Assembly (NCBI GenBank): GCA_038087875.1
Contig: CM075977.1
Coordinates: forward strand, 345,092,001-345,156,000
Direction of reading: 5' to 3'
DNA length: 64,000 nucleotides
Source of the DNA: Malacoraja senta
Lineage: Eukaryota
Positions within the stretch are counted from its first letter, which is position 1. Every line of letters starts with the position of its first letter. The notes under the pieces were generated by a model. That model had not been told where the DNA came from. It saw nothing but the letters and a program-made list of their open reading frames with translations, and did not search any database. A program made the translations under genes and the position numbers. Shown here piece after piece: positions 12,526-25,844 of the stretch.

Positions 12526-13089
12526 CTTTGAGGCCACTTACTCCGTGTGTGTTGTTTCACATGTGACCATTATGTAATGACGTCAAATTTTCCAATAGAT
12601 TGTAATAGTTTGTAAGCATACCTGGGACATGGGGCAGGGAGCTGTGATCTCATCACCTGGCCTGTCCCTTTCATGTTTTGGACCACATGAAGTGTCATCT
12701 TATTCCTCAGTCTTGCACATTATGACCTGGTCAGCTGTCATCCACTTGACCATCAAGAAGCAAGTAGCTTAGAGGAATGAGGCAATTGGACTGAAGAAAT
12801 ACTTCTGATTCCTGGAGCAGAATTAACTTGGGTTAGATAGTTGCAGAAGTGCAAAAACCAGGATCACAGTGAGAGGCGGGGTTTTGGGTGGTGGAGAGAC
12901 TATTAACACCTCAACTTCACAAATCCCAAGAACACCAGTTGTAACGGGCTAATGGTAGTTGGTAGTACCTCACTGTTATGCCAGAGCACAGAAAGGGGGA
13001 GGCAAAATAGTTGGTGTTCCTCATCGCAGCCCTTCCCCACATTCCCCTCCCCCCTCCCCAATGCCTGCCAAAGGGACAGTGACTGACTC

Positions 13090-13440
13090 TCCTTACTCTA
13101 ACCCAGGGAAGGGAGGATAGGTTTAGGTTGTGTATCACTAGAGACTTGGGATGGGTTGTTGAGCTGGCTGTTCCTCACTGCAACTTCAGGGTTGGGGCAA
13201 GTTTGTCTGTAACTCACTATAACACTGAGTTAAGGGTTAGACTATCCATTCCCCACTTTATCCGCCGGGTGGAATTGGGTCTTCCTGGACCTCACTGTGA
13301 CCGAGGGTGGGGGATCATTTGTTCCCCACTTTATCCCCTGAGTGTGGGAGGATATCCCTGTATCTCATTTCATCTGTTTAGACTGTCTGTTTCCCACTGT
13401 AATCCCAGAGAGACTGGAACCCAGCGTATCTCACTAGAAC
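13090..13440. repeat. Highly decayed ~39-bp tandem repeat
   Basis: YCACT-type anchors at 13136, 13176, 13215, 13254, 13293, 13327, 13366, 13395, 13432. Confidence 0.6.
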
Positions 13441-13827
13441 GTCAGGCAGGCCTACAGGATACTAAAAGTGCCTCCCAAGTTGTTGTGTTTATACTTTACA
13501 GTTTGTTGATCATGGAATAAAAACAAAACAATTACAGCTATTTACAATTCTTCTCCAATACATGTTGGCAAATCCCCCACCAACAACATCAGCTAAATGA
13601 TTGCCATTTCTCCAAACTGAAATCAAAATGAGATAGATTAAATTAAATCCTCTTGTTTTAATCTGTAGAATGCGCCTGTGGAAATTGTGAATGCCGCACA
13701 CAGATTACACATATCAAGGTATAATTAGCCAGGCTTATTGACTGTCTGTGTCCAGAAGCTGCTTTAATGCTTTTCTCCTGATATTCCCTCCTCTGTTCCT
13801 GCTTTTCTTTGCCATGATGTGGAATAG

Positions 13828-13872
13828 GGTGAGCCGGGTGATCTAGGGATGCCGGGCCGGCACGGAGTGAAG
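13828..13872 (+). CDS. COL25A1: COL25A1 exon, 45 nt: GEPGDLGMPGRHGVK
   Basis: gaatag|GGT...AAG|gtcagt after a pyrimidine tract; 5 triplets. Confidence 0.9.
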
Positions 13873-14127
13873 GTCAGTCCATCGCTGCTGCTTGCACTTC
13901 ACTTTTATTGCTGTTGTTGTGAGTGACATCAAAAACTTAATTGAGCCAAAATTGGCCTGGGTGGTCTCGGTTAACGGAGATCATGACTATAGCAAGAAGC
14001 CACACATTTAGACCCTGATTTAACATTAGCAGTAGGCCTCTGAGCCTACCAAAGCTGCCTGGCTTTGACACGTCAAGTTCCTTTACAATGCACCACCTTC
14101 AATCCTAAACCAAACCATTTAGTTTAG

Positions 14128-14506
14128 AGCAGCACAGCGGCTCAGGTGGTAGAGCTGCTGTCTCATAGAGCCATAAACCCGAGTTCAATGCTGACATTGG
14201 GTACCGTCTGTGTGGAGTTGTGACCATGTGGGTTTCCTCCAGGTCTCTGGTTTCCTCCCAAATCCCAAAACATGTGGGTTTGTGGGTTATTTGGTCTCTA
14301 TGAATGAATGAATACTTTATTGTCACACGTGACAAGTCACAATGAAATTATTTGCTTGCATATTTAATTGCCCCTAGTGTGTAAGGTGTGGATGAGTAAG
14401 TGGGATAACACAGAAAGTGTGTGAGCAGATGATCGATGGTCAGCATGGACTCGGTTGGCCGAAGGGCCTGTCTCCACACTGCATCTTTCAATTCAATTCA
14501 ATTCAA
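14128..14506 (+). mobile_element. HE1-type SINE with a small internal insertion
   Basis: tRNA-like head, central domain, (TTCAA)n tail. Confidence 0.82.
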
Positions 14507-14997
14507 TGTATCATTGATCTTCCCTGGTAAATTATGGTCCTATTAAGTCTGGCCTTAAAACAACCCATTTGTATGGTTTTTGTATCCTCCAATTACACTT
14601 AAAAGCTGTTACATGTAAATTAGAAAGCACAGGCCTTCATTTTGGGATCAAATGGCACTGAGAAGTTGGCCCGAGGAAAGGGAAATAAGGAAGTCATCGG
14701 AATGAGATATCAATTCAAAATGGTCAGTCACATTTTTAGCCAATTTTGTGGATGACTTTGGTTCGTGAAACATGTTAAACCGAAAGAGGATGAACTCCAG
14801 TTTCTAGACAAAGTAGTTTGTACATCTTCCCTTTTATTTCAACTTGATTCCTGCTGCCTACCTGGTGCCTTGTTCTAGATTGTGTAAGCAAGTACCCAAC
14901 AGGTAGAGTTACACGCTCCCTGACTGCAGAAAGTGAACAAGAGGAAAAGTAACCCAGGTTGCTTTAGTTTGAACTCTGCAAGGGTGGTATACTGGGC

Positions 14998-15325
14998 TGG
15001 GTGACATAGTGGCACAGTGATAGAGCCGCTGCCTCACAGCTTCAGCGACCGAGCTCCAATGCTGACCTCGAGTACTATTTGTGTGCAGTTTGCACATTCT
15101 TCCTGTAGGTGTCCTCCAGGTGCTCCGGTTTCCTTCCCCATCCCAAAGACGTGTGGATAGTGGGCTAATTTGATGCTGTAATTGCCCCTAGTCTGCAGGT
15201 GAGTGAATCAGAGGACAGTTGTAGGGAATATGGGGAAAATAAATGGAATTAGTGCAGATGTAGGTCGATGGTCAGTGTGGACTCAGTGGACCATTGGGCT
15301 TCTTTCTATGCTGCATGATTCTATA
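14998..15325 (+). mobile_element. HE1-type SINE (older variant)
   Basis: Head, central domain and CR1-like tail. Confidence 0.78.
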
Positions 15326-15348
15326 ACAAAACTCTGTCATATGTGTGT

Positions 15349-15672
15349 TTTAGTTTAGAGATACAGCATGGAAACAGGTCCTTCTGCACACTGAATCCAC
15401 GCCAACCATCGATTACCCGGTAACACTAGTTCTATGTTATTCCACTATCTCATCCACTCGCTACACATTAGCAATAATTTTACAGAGGCCAATTAATCTA
15501 CAAACTCACACATCTTTGGGACGTGGGAGAAATCCAGAGCACCCAGGGGAAACCTACACGGTTACAGGGAGAACGTGCAAACTCCACACGAACAGCATCC
15601 GAGGTCAGGATCGAACCCAGATCTTTGGCACTGTGAGGCAGCAGCTCTACGAGCTGCGCCATTGTGCCACCT
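15349..15672 (-). mobile_element. HE1-type SINE
   Basis: Reverse complement of full SINE, with GGATCGAACC B box. Confidence 0.88.
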
Positions 15673-15767
15673 TATGGGAATGTTGAAATCCAGATGGAGT
15701 GATGGGCATTGAAAATTCCAATCCCATGCCTTCTCAGCCGACCACTTCAGATGCTTGTTTACCAACA

Positions 15768-16095
15768 GAGTTATAGAGTGATACATCATGGAAACGGGCC
15801 CTTCGGCCCAAGTTGCCCACACTGCCCAACATGCCCCATCTACACTCATCCCACTTGCCTGAGTTTGGCCACTATCTCTCTAAACCTATCCTATCCATGT
15901 ACATGTCCAAATGTTTCTTAAACGTTGCGATAGTTCCTGCCTCAACTACCTACTCTGGCAGTGTGTTCCATACACCCACCACCCTTTGTGTGATAAAGTT
16001 ACCCATCAGGTTCCTATTAAATCTTCCCTCCCTCACCTTAAACCCATGTCCTCTGGATTTCAACTTCCCTACCCTGGGCAAGAGACTCTGTGCGT
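15768..16095 (-). mobile_element. CR1/HER1 LINE 3' end
   Basis: ORF 15950-16195 (-) ends in SRGHGFKVREGRFNRNLMGNFITQRVVGVWNTLP, the CR1 RT C-terminus. Confidence 0.9.
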
Positions 16096-17392
16096 TTCCT
16101 GCCTGTCTTTGTGGCATGATAATGACGAACAATGGTTTCGTGAAGAGGAGAAAAATCTCCAGGCCTAGAAATAGCCCACAGAATCGCTTCAGCATCTTTC
16201 TGCTGTAGGTTTAATTGAGATTATAATGACAACACTAAGGCATTCCAGCTTTCCTATTTGAGTAGATTTAGCTGGATTTCCCACGGGCTCTGTGTTTCCT
16301 CAGCCACGGCCAACATTTTAAACCATTAAAGTAAAGAGGCAGGTGTACCCCGGTCAGTGATTAGTCTCACACCTGTCGGACGTGACATCCCAAGTTCCAG
16401 ACAGTCTAGACTGACAGCTCCAGAGGAAATATTAAGGACTAATTTAATCCGCAAAAGAATCATAAGGAAAACATCATATTCCGTGTCCTGGTTATTGGAA
16501 GCTGCATTGGACTCAAGGAAGAACCAATTCCTTCACACCTCGTCACTGCAGTTCCCCTGTGGGTCTATTGGGAGACGCTTTAAGAAGCGAAAGTATATGT
16601 GGTGGAAAGGTACTTTCAGTATGAAATACTCTCCCATCCAACTAGTGTTAAAGCATGATAATAAGCTTCTTACCGTTTAGTAAGAACCTATTTTTTATGG
16701 TCCAATTTTCTTGAGCATGTCAACTCTCACGCTTTGGAGGGAACCAATTAGTTGATGTTGATATCTTTACCGGTGTTTAAGGCAGCAGCATCTGTGCCAC
16801 ATAAGAGCCAGAGAGAGCTAACCAAGGCTAACTTCTCCAGGTCAGCCTATAGGAACGGAGATCAGTATAAGAATTACAGCCGTGCCTCCACCAGCTGTCT
16901 TGGAGTCTTGTTAGCAGCTTCATATTGAAACAGTGGGAAAAGAATGTAAAAAACATGCAAAACTCCCAAGAGAATATTGATATTCAGGCTATCAGTGATA
17001 TTGGCATGGACTATTTAATTGCATACTGTGGAAATGGAAATAGTGCTCAGATGCTTGTTGTAGAACTTGTCCCTTTTTATTACTGTTGAAATATGTACAA
17101 ATATTCGGCACAGCAGGAGGCCATTCAACCTGCCTGCGCCTGCTGGCTCTTTGAAGGCTGTGTCCGGGGCTGTCGTGTAATGAACACCAATGTCCAGGCA
17201 AGAAGCAACCTACAATTGCAGAGAAACAAAACAACTGCCCCATGGTGACCATGGCTTTTGCTATTTGGGCCTGATTCTTTGAGCAATCCAGAATGCATTT
17301 CATCTGATACAAGTGACCTGTCGACTTTCAGAAATGGGTCATCATTTTAAACCATCTCCATTACCATCCTGTTCACAACTTCCTTCATAATT

Positions 17393-17688
17393 TAGACTTT
17401 AGAGGTACAGAGCGGTAAAACGCCCTTTGGCCCACCAACTCCGCTCTGACCACCCTGTGCACCAACACTATCCGACATACCAGCGACAATTTACAATTTT
17501 ACAGAGCCCCTTAACCTACAAACGTATATGTCTTTAGAGTGTGGGAGGAAACAGAAGCACCCAGAGAAAACCTACACGGCCACAAGGAGAATGTACAAAC
17601 TCCATACCGACAGCCCCCTTAGTCAGGATCGAACCCGGGCCTATGGCGTGTAAGGCAGCAACACTGCCACTGCGTCACTATGCCGCCC
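17393..17688 (-). mobile_element. HE1-type SINE
   Basis: Reverse complement of full SINE. Confidence 0.85.
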
Positions 17689-19705
17689 TTTTTTAATGTA
17701 ACCTTCAAATCATATGATTTCTTAAAACTGATACTGTCCTCTGAAGATTAATTTTAGGAAATCCACGACATTTTCTATAGCTAACATTTTGCACTTTATG
17801 GGCCGAAGTTACAGCTCAATTGAGTTGGTCATCGAGTTATAATTCAATCAAATTACGAATTCAGCTCAAATTGCAAATTAATCATCATATATAAATGAAT
17901 CACCATAGGGATTTTCTGCTTATTGCATTCAACTATACACAAATATGCAGCTTGCATTTTGGGATCAATATTTACCATCAAAAACATTAAAATATTTATT
18001 TTATGACAAAACTAACTATGGTATCTCAGTTTAACCAGAAAAAAAAGTTGTATTTACTTTTTGATTCATTTTCAATCCTTTAAAATTAGGTTACTCATAT
18101 GTGGAGAATTGACACAGATTAGAAATGCTCATATATGGAAAAATCTATTTTAAGTGGCATTAATCAATGTGCTGTTACAAGATATATCAAGGAAAACGAT
18201 TCTTTGGCATTCTGCTCTTTAAAAGAAAATATATACTTTTTAAAGCCTTTCAGATTTGCTGGTTGATAACCAATTTTGTTTGTGGTGGAAATTAAACACT
18301 CATCTAAACATGAGCCTGGATTGACCACAATAGTCTACATTTCACCAAGTGCACTAACTTCTGTCTGTTTCCAAAATGTTTTAAGGTTCAATATAGTTTC
18401 ATTTGCAATAATTTTCTCAATGTATTTTTCCCCCTCTTGCATATTTTTATGAATCCATTCCTGTATTTTTCCGTCTTCCTGATTAATAACGGAATCATGC
18501 TCCTGACAGTTTTTACGAGCCTCCCTTTTCTGACCTGCTTTTTGAGATATATTTTCTGTCATTTGGGACACAGTAGCTTTGGCTGCTTTACCATTTCCCT
18601 TTAGAGCAGTGTTCCTCATTTGTAGCTGATCTATGTCTTTGCTGATTGCTTTCTACAGATCATTTCCTGCTTAACCCCTTACTGGTGTACCCTTACCAAG
18701 CCCCGTCTGCAATTAGTTGCATTTAAGTTTTGCTCAATTGAGAAGTTTGACCTTTCTCCTTTTATGGAATCTTTCCATTTTTACCCTAAACTGATTATTC
18801 TAAACTCACTATTAGTGAGATGAGTTGTTGTAAATAAACTCACTGGCCATCTTTGTTTCTTAATGGAACATAGAAGATTACAGCAGAAGAACAGGCCCTT
18901 TGGCTCACAATATCAGTGCCGAACATGGTGCCAAGTTAAACTAATCTCCTCTCATATAAGATTATTTCTTGTCTGACCACAGACATTGTATAAAACATGA
19001 GGATAGGTTACACCGAGAACCACTCTAGGCCAGCTGGGACAGATGCGAGAGATGAGTAGGACTGTTGTGGATTAGAACAAAGTGAGCAAAGCTTTTGATG
19101 AACTGGGGTTCCCAGTGGGAAGAGAATGGAATACCAACCAGGAGAGGAATGGGGTTGTTGAGCTCAGAGATAACAAACAGGGAAGGTTAGGGTTCCATCT
19201 GTAAGGATGAGCAGAGATGAGTGATGTTGGATGGTGAAAATAGGCACCATTCCCAAGGAGAGTTGACGGAGTCAAATAGAAAGTGTCAGGTTCAGCTTGA
19301 GATAGCAACCCTCGAGGGGGATAGGAAAACAGCCATGTTAAAGAGTTGGTGTCTAAAGATAATGACCTCTCTTTCTATGGTAAACAGGATGAATTGAAGC
19401 TCATCCAAGGCCGGGATACTTGGCAAGCAATCTGACAGTATAGATATCATTAGAGGAGTGAAGCAGTGGATATGGGTGTCAATGGTTTACATGTGGGAGC
19501 TTAATTGTTTTTAGGTAATAATGGCGTTGATAAGAAAGAAGGGGGTTATGGGGCTGTGGTGTAGAGGTTGGTACGGATTTCTAGAGGTAATATTCTGGGA
19601 GTGCTTATTTGTCATATGCCCCAGAATTAAACTGGAACAATGAAAGTATTACTTGCTACACCTTTACAGGCGCATTAGATGCAATAACAACAATAAATAC
19701 TGTAT

Positions 19706-20018
19706 GGGTGGCACAGTGGCACAGTGGCACAGCAGTAGAGTTGCTGCCTTACAGTGCCAGAGAACTGGGTTTAATCCTGACTACGAATGCTGTCTGTATG
19801 GATTTTGTACGTTCTTCTTGTGACCACGTATGCTTTCTCCAGGTGCTCTGGTTTCTTCCCACATTCCAAAGACATGCAGGCTTGTAAGTTAATATCCTTG
19901 TGTAAATTGTCCCAAGTGTCTAGGATAGAACTAGTGTGTACAGGTGATCATTGGTCGGCACGGACTTGGTGGGCCAAAGGGCCTGTTTCCATGCTGTGTC
20001 ACCAAACTAAACTAAACT
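19706..20018 (+). mobile_element. HE1-type SINE
   Basis: GGCACAGT head triplicated, (AAACT)n tail. Confidence 0.87.
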
Positions 20019-20149
20019 ATACAATAAACAATTGGTTACTCTAAGTAAACATAATAGTCCAAAAACCAAAGTATGTTGTCTGATCATTGTAGTGCAAAAT
20101 CCATAATGTTTAGGTGCTGAAGTAGGATTGTGGTTAGGGTTGTGTAGGG

Positions 20150-20830
20150 TGGTTCTATACCTAATGGTTGATAGGAAGAAGCTATTTCTGAGCCCGGAGG
20201 TAACTAGTCTCAGGCTCCTGTACTTCTACCCAATGGTAGCAGCGAGAAGATATCATGGCCAGGGTGATGTTGGTCTTTGATGATGCCGGGCATTCTTGAG
20301 GCATTGTTTTCTGTCAATATGTTCAATGATGGGGAGGTCAGTACCCATGATGGATGGGACAATGCCCATCACTTTCTGCAGCTTCTTTCATTTTTAAGCA
20401 TTCGAATTACCGAATGATGCAACCAATGAGTATACTGTCCACCGTACACCTGTAGAAGTTCGGTAGAGTATTCAGTGCCATGCCAAATATCTAAAACTTT
20501 TGAGATAAGCATTCTATGTGAAATCCTTAATGTGCTGGGGCCAGAACGGATCATCAGAGTTACGGTGTACAAACTCTTCATCACCACCCCATCAATGAAG
20601 AGAAGTGCCTAGTTTCTCGGATTTCCCTTCCTGAAATTAACAATTAGTGCCTTGGTCTTGCCAACGTTGAGAACAAGGTTGATTTTCTTGTGCCTCGCAA
20701 TTATCGTTCTCCCTCGTGTACTCTGACTTGTCGTTACCCATTATTTGTCCAATGACCGTGGTATTATTATAAAGGTGGCATTGGAGCTGAGTCTGACTAC
20801 ACAGTCATGGGTATAGAGAGAACAGAGCAG
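20150..20830 (-). mobile_element. Decayed Rex1/Babar-like LINE RT fragment
   Basis: Similar to 21625-22200 (ACACCTGTAGAAGTTCGGTAGAGTATT); continues at about 21320-21460 (CNWILNFFMDRPQPMRI). Confidence 0.65.
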
Positions 20831-20837
20831 GGGAAAT

Positions 20838-20962
20838 GTGTAGGAAGGAACTGCAGATGCTGGTTTAAACCGAAGATAGACACAGAATGCTGGAGAAACT
20901 CAGCGGGTCAGGCAGCATCTCTGGCGAGAAGGAATGGGTGACGTTTCAGGTCGAGACCCTTA
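20838..20962 (-). mobile_element. Single arm of the Penelope-derived terminal repeat
   Basis: AGGAAGGAACTGCAGATGCTGG...GGTGACGTTTCAGGTCGAGACCCTT. Confidence 0.78.
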
Positions 20963-21009
20963 TTGTGGAGCAGTAGACTGGATGCAGCCCTGAGGTGCTC
21001 AAGTGCTCA

Positions 21010-21316
21010 GGGCGGCACGGTGGCGCAACGGTAGAGTTTGTGCTTTGCAGCGAATGCTGCGCCGAAGTCCCGACTACGGGTGCTGTCTGTACGGAGTTTG
21101 TACATTCTCCCCGTGACCTGCGTGGGTTTTCCCCGAGATCTTCGGTTTCCTCCCACGCTCCAAAGACGTACAGGTATGTAGGTTATTTGGCTTAGTAAAT
21201 GTAAAAATTGTTCCTAGTGTTTGTGTAGGATAGTGGTAATATGTGGGGATCGCTGGTCGGTGCGGACGGTGGGCCGAAGGGCCTGTTTCCATGCTGTATC
21301 TCTAAACTAAACTAAA
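21010..21316 (+). mobile_element. HE1-type SINE (CpG-rich, probably young)
   Basis: GGGCGGCACGGTGGCGCAACGGTAGAG head and (TAAAC)n tail. Confidence 0.9.
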
Positions 21317-21624
21317 GTGCCGATGGTCATCTAGGAGGAGGTGTCATTGTCTATCCGCATTGGTTGAGGTCGGTCCATGAAGAAGTTGAGGATCCAGTTG
21401 CATGGGGGAGAAGTTCTCTGAAATTGATTGTGTCTCGAAAGGATGATGAAAAGGGCAATGTGTAAATGATGAAGAGTTAAGGACTTAGGGAAGCCTTTGG
21501 AACTCTCCGAGAGTGGTGTAGAGTAAAACGTACTGTACAAGATATTGTTGCCAAGGTCAGTTCAATAGGAATGGAAGATAATAAGAGCAGTCCGATCAAT
21601 GCAAGCTTTGGGCTATTTTGTTTA

Positions 21625-22205
21625 ATTTAGTTTAGTTTATTGTCACATGTACCGAGTCATCAGAAAGACTATATGTGATTACAATCAGGCCTTCCACAGT
21701 ATATAGATTGCGGATAACGGAATAATCCGAATAATCTTTAGTGCAAGATAAAGTCTAGTAAAGTCTGATTAAAGATAGTCCGAGGCTCTCCAATGAAGAA
21801 GATGGTAGCTCAGGACTGCTCCCTAGTTGATGTCACGATGGTTCAGTTGCCTGATAACAGTTGGGAAGAAACTGTCCCTGAATCTGGAAGTATACATGTT
21901 CAAACTTCTGTACCTTTTGCCTGATGGAAGAGGAGCGAAGAGAGAATGTCCGGAGTGAGACTTGTCCTTGATTATGCTGGTGATCTTGCCGAGGCAGCGT
22001 GAAGTGCAGATGGAGTCAATAGAAGGGAGATTGGTTTGCGTAATGGTCTGGGCTGCATCCACGATTCTCTGCAATTTCTTACTGTCAAAGATAGAGCTGT
22101 TCCCAAATGATGCATCCCGATAAAATGCTTTCTACTGCACACCTGTAGAAGTTGGTGAGAGTTTTTGGGGAAATGCCGAACTTCCTAGGCCTGCTGAGGA
22201 AGTGC
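21625..22205 (-). mobile_element. Rex1/Babar-like LINE 3' end
   Basis: ORF 21823-22074 (-): IIKDKSHSGHSLFAPLPSGKRYRSL...TSRFRDSFFPTVIRQLN. Confidence 0.85.
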
Positions 22206-23527
22206 GGATAGAATGGAAAATTATACAAGGACCACAGAGAGTTGAGGAGGATGTGAGGCGATAAAGAACCAGGGCCAAGTGAAAATTACATGATTTATTT
22301 GAGATTGTTTCAATGCATTGAAGCATGGAGAAAAAAAAGGAAATATATACTATAGGCAAAAATGTGAATGACTTTTGAGAGGAAGGGGATTTTATTGATG
22401 TTTGGCCAATTTTCCTCAAGGAAAGTGATTTTTTTTATGACAATTCGTGGTAGCGGATTTGAAAAGAATGGATTCATATACAAAGGAATAAGTGTTATTA
22501 GCACTGTCAGCTACTGTGAAGGCCAGAAAGGGAACTAGACCTTTCGTCTAGTTGGGAATGGGGAAACCAGAGGACAGTTGGTGGTTATCATGAGTGAGGT
22601 GAACTTGGAGAGGGCCGGGGGTCAAACGGAGAGCAAAACTAGTCAGGAATTGAAGTCTAGGAGACCACGATGGAGTGGCTGCTGAGAGCATTGTTTTATT
22701 GCAGATGGACAACAATGGCAATAGGTTCAGGAGCTGAATGATGGTCTCTATTAAACCCCTATATATCACCACCCCCTTCATTCAACTACGGAGATCTTTG
22801 CAATGAATTAATCTCTGGCTCAATCCAAACCATTATCCTCATGCACAAAATTAGTACTGGGAAAATACATTACCACAAGCCTTCTTCCATGTGAAAAAGA
22901 AGGCACTTAGCAGGAACTAAAGTAAAACTCAACAAGGGTCAAAGTATGCCACCGTTTATTTTAAACTCCTCAGGGCTCACTCATTCATCATCCTCACCAT
23001 GGACCCTGAAGAAGACAGTTGTTTTTTGCATGTGGTGCACATGTAACTCATCAAGACACACACTGAAGTTCACTTAACAGCTTCCATTTATGAAGCAAGC
23101 TGCACTTTCTCCTCACCCCTGTGTCTCACAACCATTCACACTTTTCAATCTTATTGTTGCATTTTGGCACATATGTCTGGTTTCCTCGCCCCCCCCCCCC
23201 CCCCCCGTTATTTTTCCTGGCTGTATTTGACGTGTACTAATAGAGCGTCTATAATGCACAGGCACAAGTCCGTGGTATTTCACAGCTGCCTCCTCAATGG
23301 AGCTGGTAGCAGGTTACTTACATATCTAGAGGCTGTGTCTAATTCTCAGGTGGAGAGTTAAGTTGCATTTCTCCCACAAACACTATTTTCTTTGTTTGAT
23401 CTTTCATCCCAAAAGTGAGCCACTGCCAAAACAATGTCATCAATTTACAAAACAGAGAGCAAGAACTAGCACCATCGCATGGTGCAAAGTGTTACTGCAA
23501 CACAAGAATTGCTCAACAAGTAAGTTA

Positions 23528-23817
23528 AGGCGGCACAGTGCAGCAGCGGTATAGTTGCTGCCTTACAGCGCCAGAAACCCGGGTTTGATCCTGACCACGG
23601 AGTTTGTACGTTCTCCCCATGAGCTGTGTGGGTTTTCTCCAGGTAATCTGGTTTCCTCCCACACACCAAAGATGTACAAGATTGGAGGTTAATTGATTTC
23701 AGTAAAATTGTAAATTGTCTCTAATGTGTGTGGGATAGTGTTAGTGTGTGGGGGTTGCTGGTCAGCGCGGACTCGGTGGGTTGAAGAGCCTGTTTCTGCG
23801 CTCTATCTCTAAACTAA
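23528..23817 (+). mobile_element. HE1-type SINE
   Basis: Head, central domain and tail. Confidence 0.87.
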
Positions 23818-24514
23818 GCTATGGTACAGAGATCCATCCGATTAGCAATGAAGTTACGATAACAAATCATGGCAATCATCTCCATTTACTCAGGGTAGAA
23901 AAAATACTATCCCTAGCAACAGAAAGTTTTGGACTCTCAGTGGCATGTTCAACACACATAATGTTCCAAAGATTCTACAGCTCTCAATGACCCTAAGTAA
24001 CACAGTTCCCACACCCCCTCGCTATCTGCAACCCCCCCCTTATCATTGCAATAATCTTTATCTGTTGTGGCAACAATATTCTACACAATAATGGAGGTGC
24101 CTTTACAAATAGAAGGATTATCTCACATTTTTATCTCAGTGGTAATCTTTTAAAATAACCTATTATTTCCTCCTCCCCTGTCACATTTAGTTTTGTTGTC
24201 TTTCAGGATCCGTTAATCTTAATATAAAACATCATGCATTTTTTAAATGTTTCCTTTGCTGATTTTTGTGAAAGACTTTGCATTTCACTATGTTGAATTT
24301 CACCTGCCATTTATCTGCCCAGTTGGTGGGAATGTTCAAGTAACCCCTGTTATTGATCTTGTTTTGTCTACCTTTATCAAGTTTCCATCTTCTGCCTATG
24401 GAGGCATTGAGCTCTGTCCTATCTTCAATTAAATTTTGAGGATTTTATACAAAATAGATTTTTTTAAACCCTTAGGACCATATTGGAAACCTTATAGAGA
24501 TATGAAGTGTTAGA

Positions 24515-25210
24515 GCATCACCAAGCAAACAGGCTCTTTGTCCAATTTGTCCATGCTGACTGTTGACATTCTAGGCTAGTCCCATTTGTCCCATATTCTT
24601 CTAAACCCTTCTGATCCATATATCTGTCCAAATGTCTGTTAAAAGTCTTAATTGTATCCACGTCTTTAGCTTCTTCTGGCAGCTCTTTCCCGATGCAGGC
24701 TGCCCTCTGATTGAAAAAGTTTCCTCTGAGGTCCCTCCTAAATCTCTCCCCTCTCACCTTAAGCCCGTTTTGGAATACTCTGTGAATTTTCCAACCTGAC
24801 TGAGGTTGACTTTATCCATGCCCTTCATAAGCTTAAACACCTCAAAAAAAACAACCCTCAGCATCCTACTCTCCAAAGAAAATAGTCCCAGACTATCCAG
24901 CCTCTCCTTATAACATAAGACTGCGTCCAGATAACATCCTGGTAAATCTCTTCTGCACCCTTCGCAACTTAACGATAGCTTTCCCACAGTTGGTTTACTA
25001 GAACTGCACATAGTGCCCCTAGTCTCACCAACGATTTGTATAGCTGTATCATGATCTGCCAACTTTAGTAATCAATGTCCATTCTTCAATGAAGGCCAGA
25101 ATGCCAAATACCTTCTTCAACACCGTCCACCTGACCTGCCACTTTTAAAGAACTATGTACCTTTATTTCCAGATCTTTCTGTTCTACAACACTCTCCAAG
25201 GCCGTGTAGC
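24515..25210 (-). mobile_element. CR1/HER1 LINE 3' fragment
   Basis: ORFs 24518-24757 and 24754-25062 (-): YKERLDSLGLFSLE, GERFRRDLRGNFFNQR. Confidence 0.88.
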
Positions 25211-25263
25211 CTTCTCCCTGACTGTAACAAAAATATCACTGATTATTCTTCAGTGATAATCCT

Positions 25264-25485
25264 TCTGGAATTCTCTGCCTCAGAAGCCAGTGAACGCCAA
25301 TTCTTTGTATGCTTTCAAGAGAGAGTTGGATAGAGTTCTTAAAGATAGCGGAGTCAGGGAATATGGGGAAAAGGCAGGAACGGGGTACTGAGTGTGGATG
25401 ATCAGCCATGATCACAGTGAATGGTGGTGCTGGCTCGAAGGGCCGAATGGCCTACTCCTCCACCTATTATCTATTGTCTATTATA
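25264..25485 (+). mobile_element. CR1/HER1 LINE 3' end
   Basis: TGGAATTCTCTGCCTCAGAAG...GAAGGGCCGAATGGCCTACTCCT plus CTATTGT-type tail. Confidence 0.85.
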
Positions 25486-25844
25486 CTTTAGAACTTAAAA
25501 CATAGAATATTATTGAAAACAATTTGTCAACTTTTCCAGCATTGAAAATGTTAGATTTTACTTTGATTCTACATTCATTTCAAAAATGTTTTGACATTTT
25601 AATAGTTTTCATATGCTGCAGAGATATCTATTGATGCAGAATATATTCTAATTCTACATCCTTTTCCCTCATCACCTTGAATGCTTTGTTTATTCTTGAG
25701 GCCTCTGCTTTGCAGTCTTGTTCAACATGGAAGGAGTGATCTTAAACTGTTATTCTTGCTTTGCTTAGTTACACGCTGTTCAACTACACTCTGAATCATT
25801 CCTGGAAGGAACTCTGTGGTTCCTCCAACTTATATTGCCATGTT

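Noticed and set aside
19000-19560. Very old LINE-like remnants (also about 22200-22740, 55900-56160, 59230-59620)
   Set aside because: Composition suggests decayed L2-type sequence, but no motif is clear enough to support boundaries or a family call.
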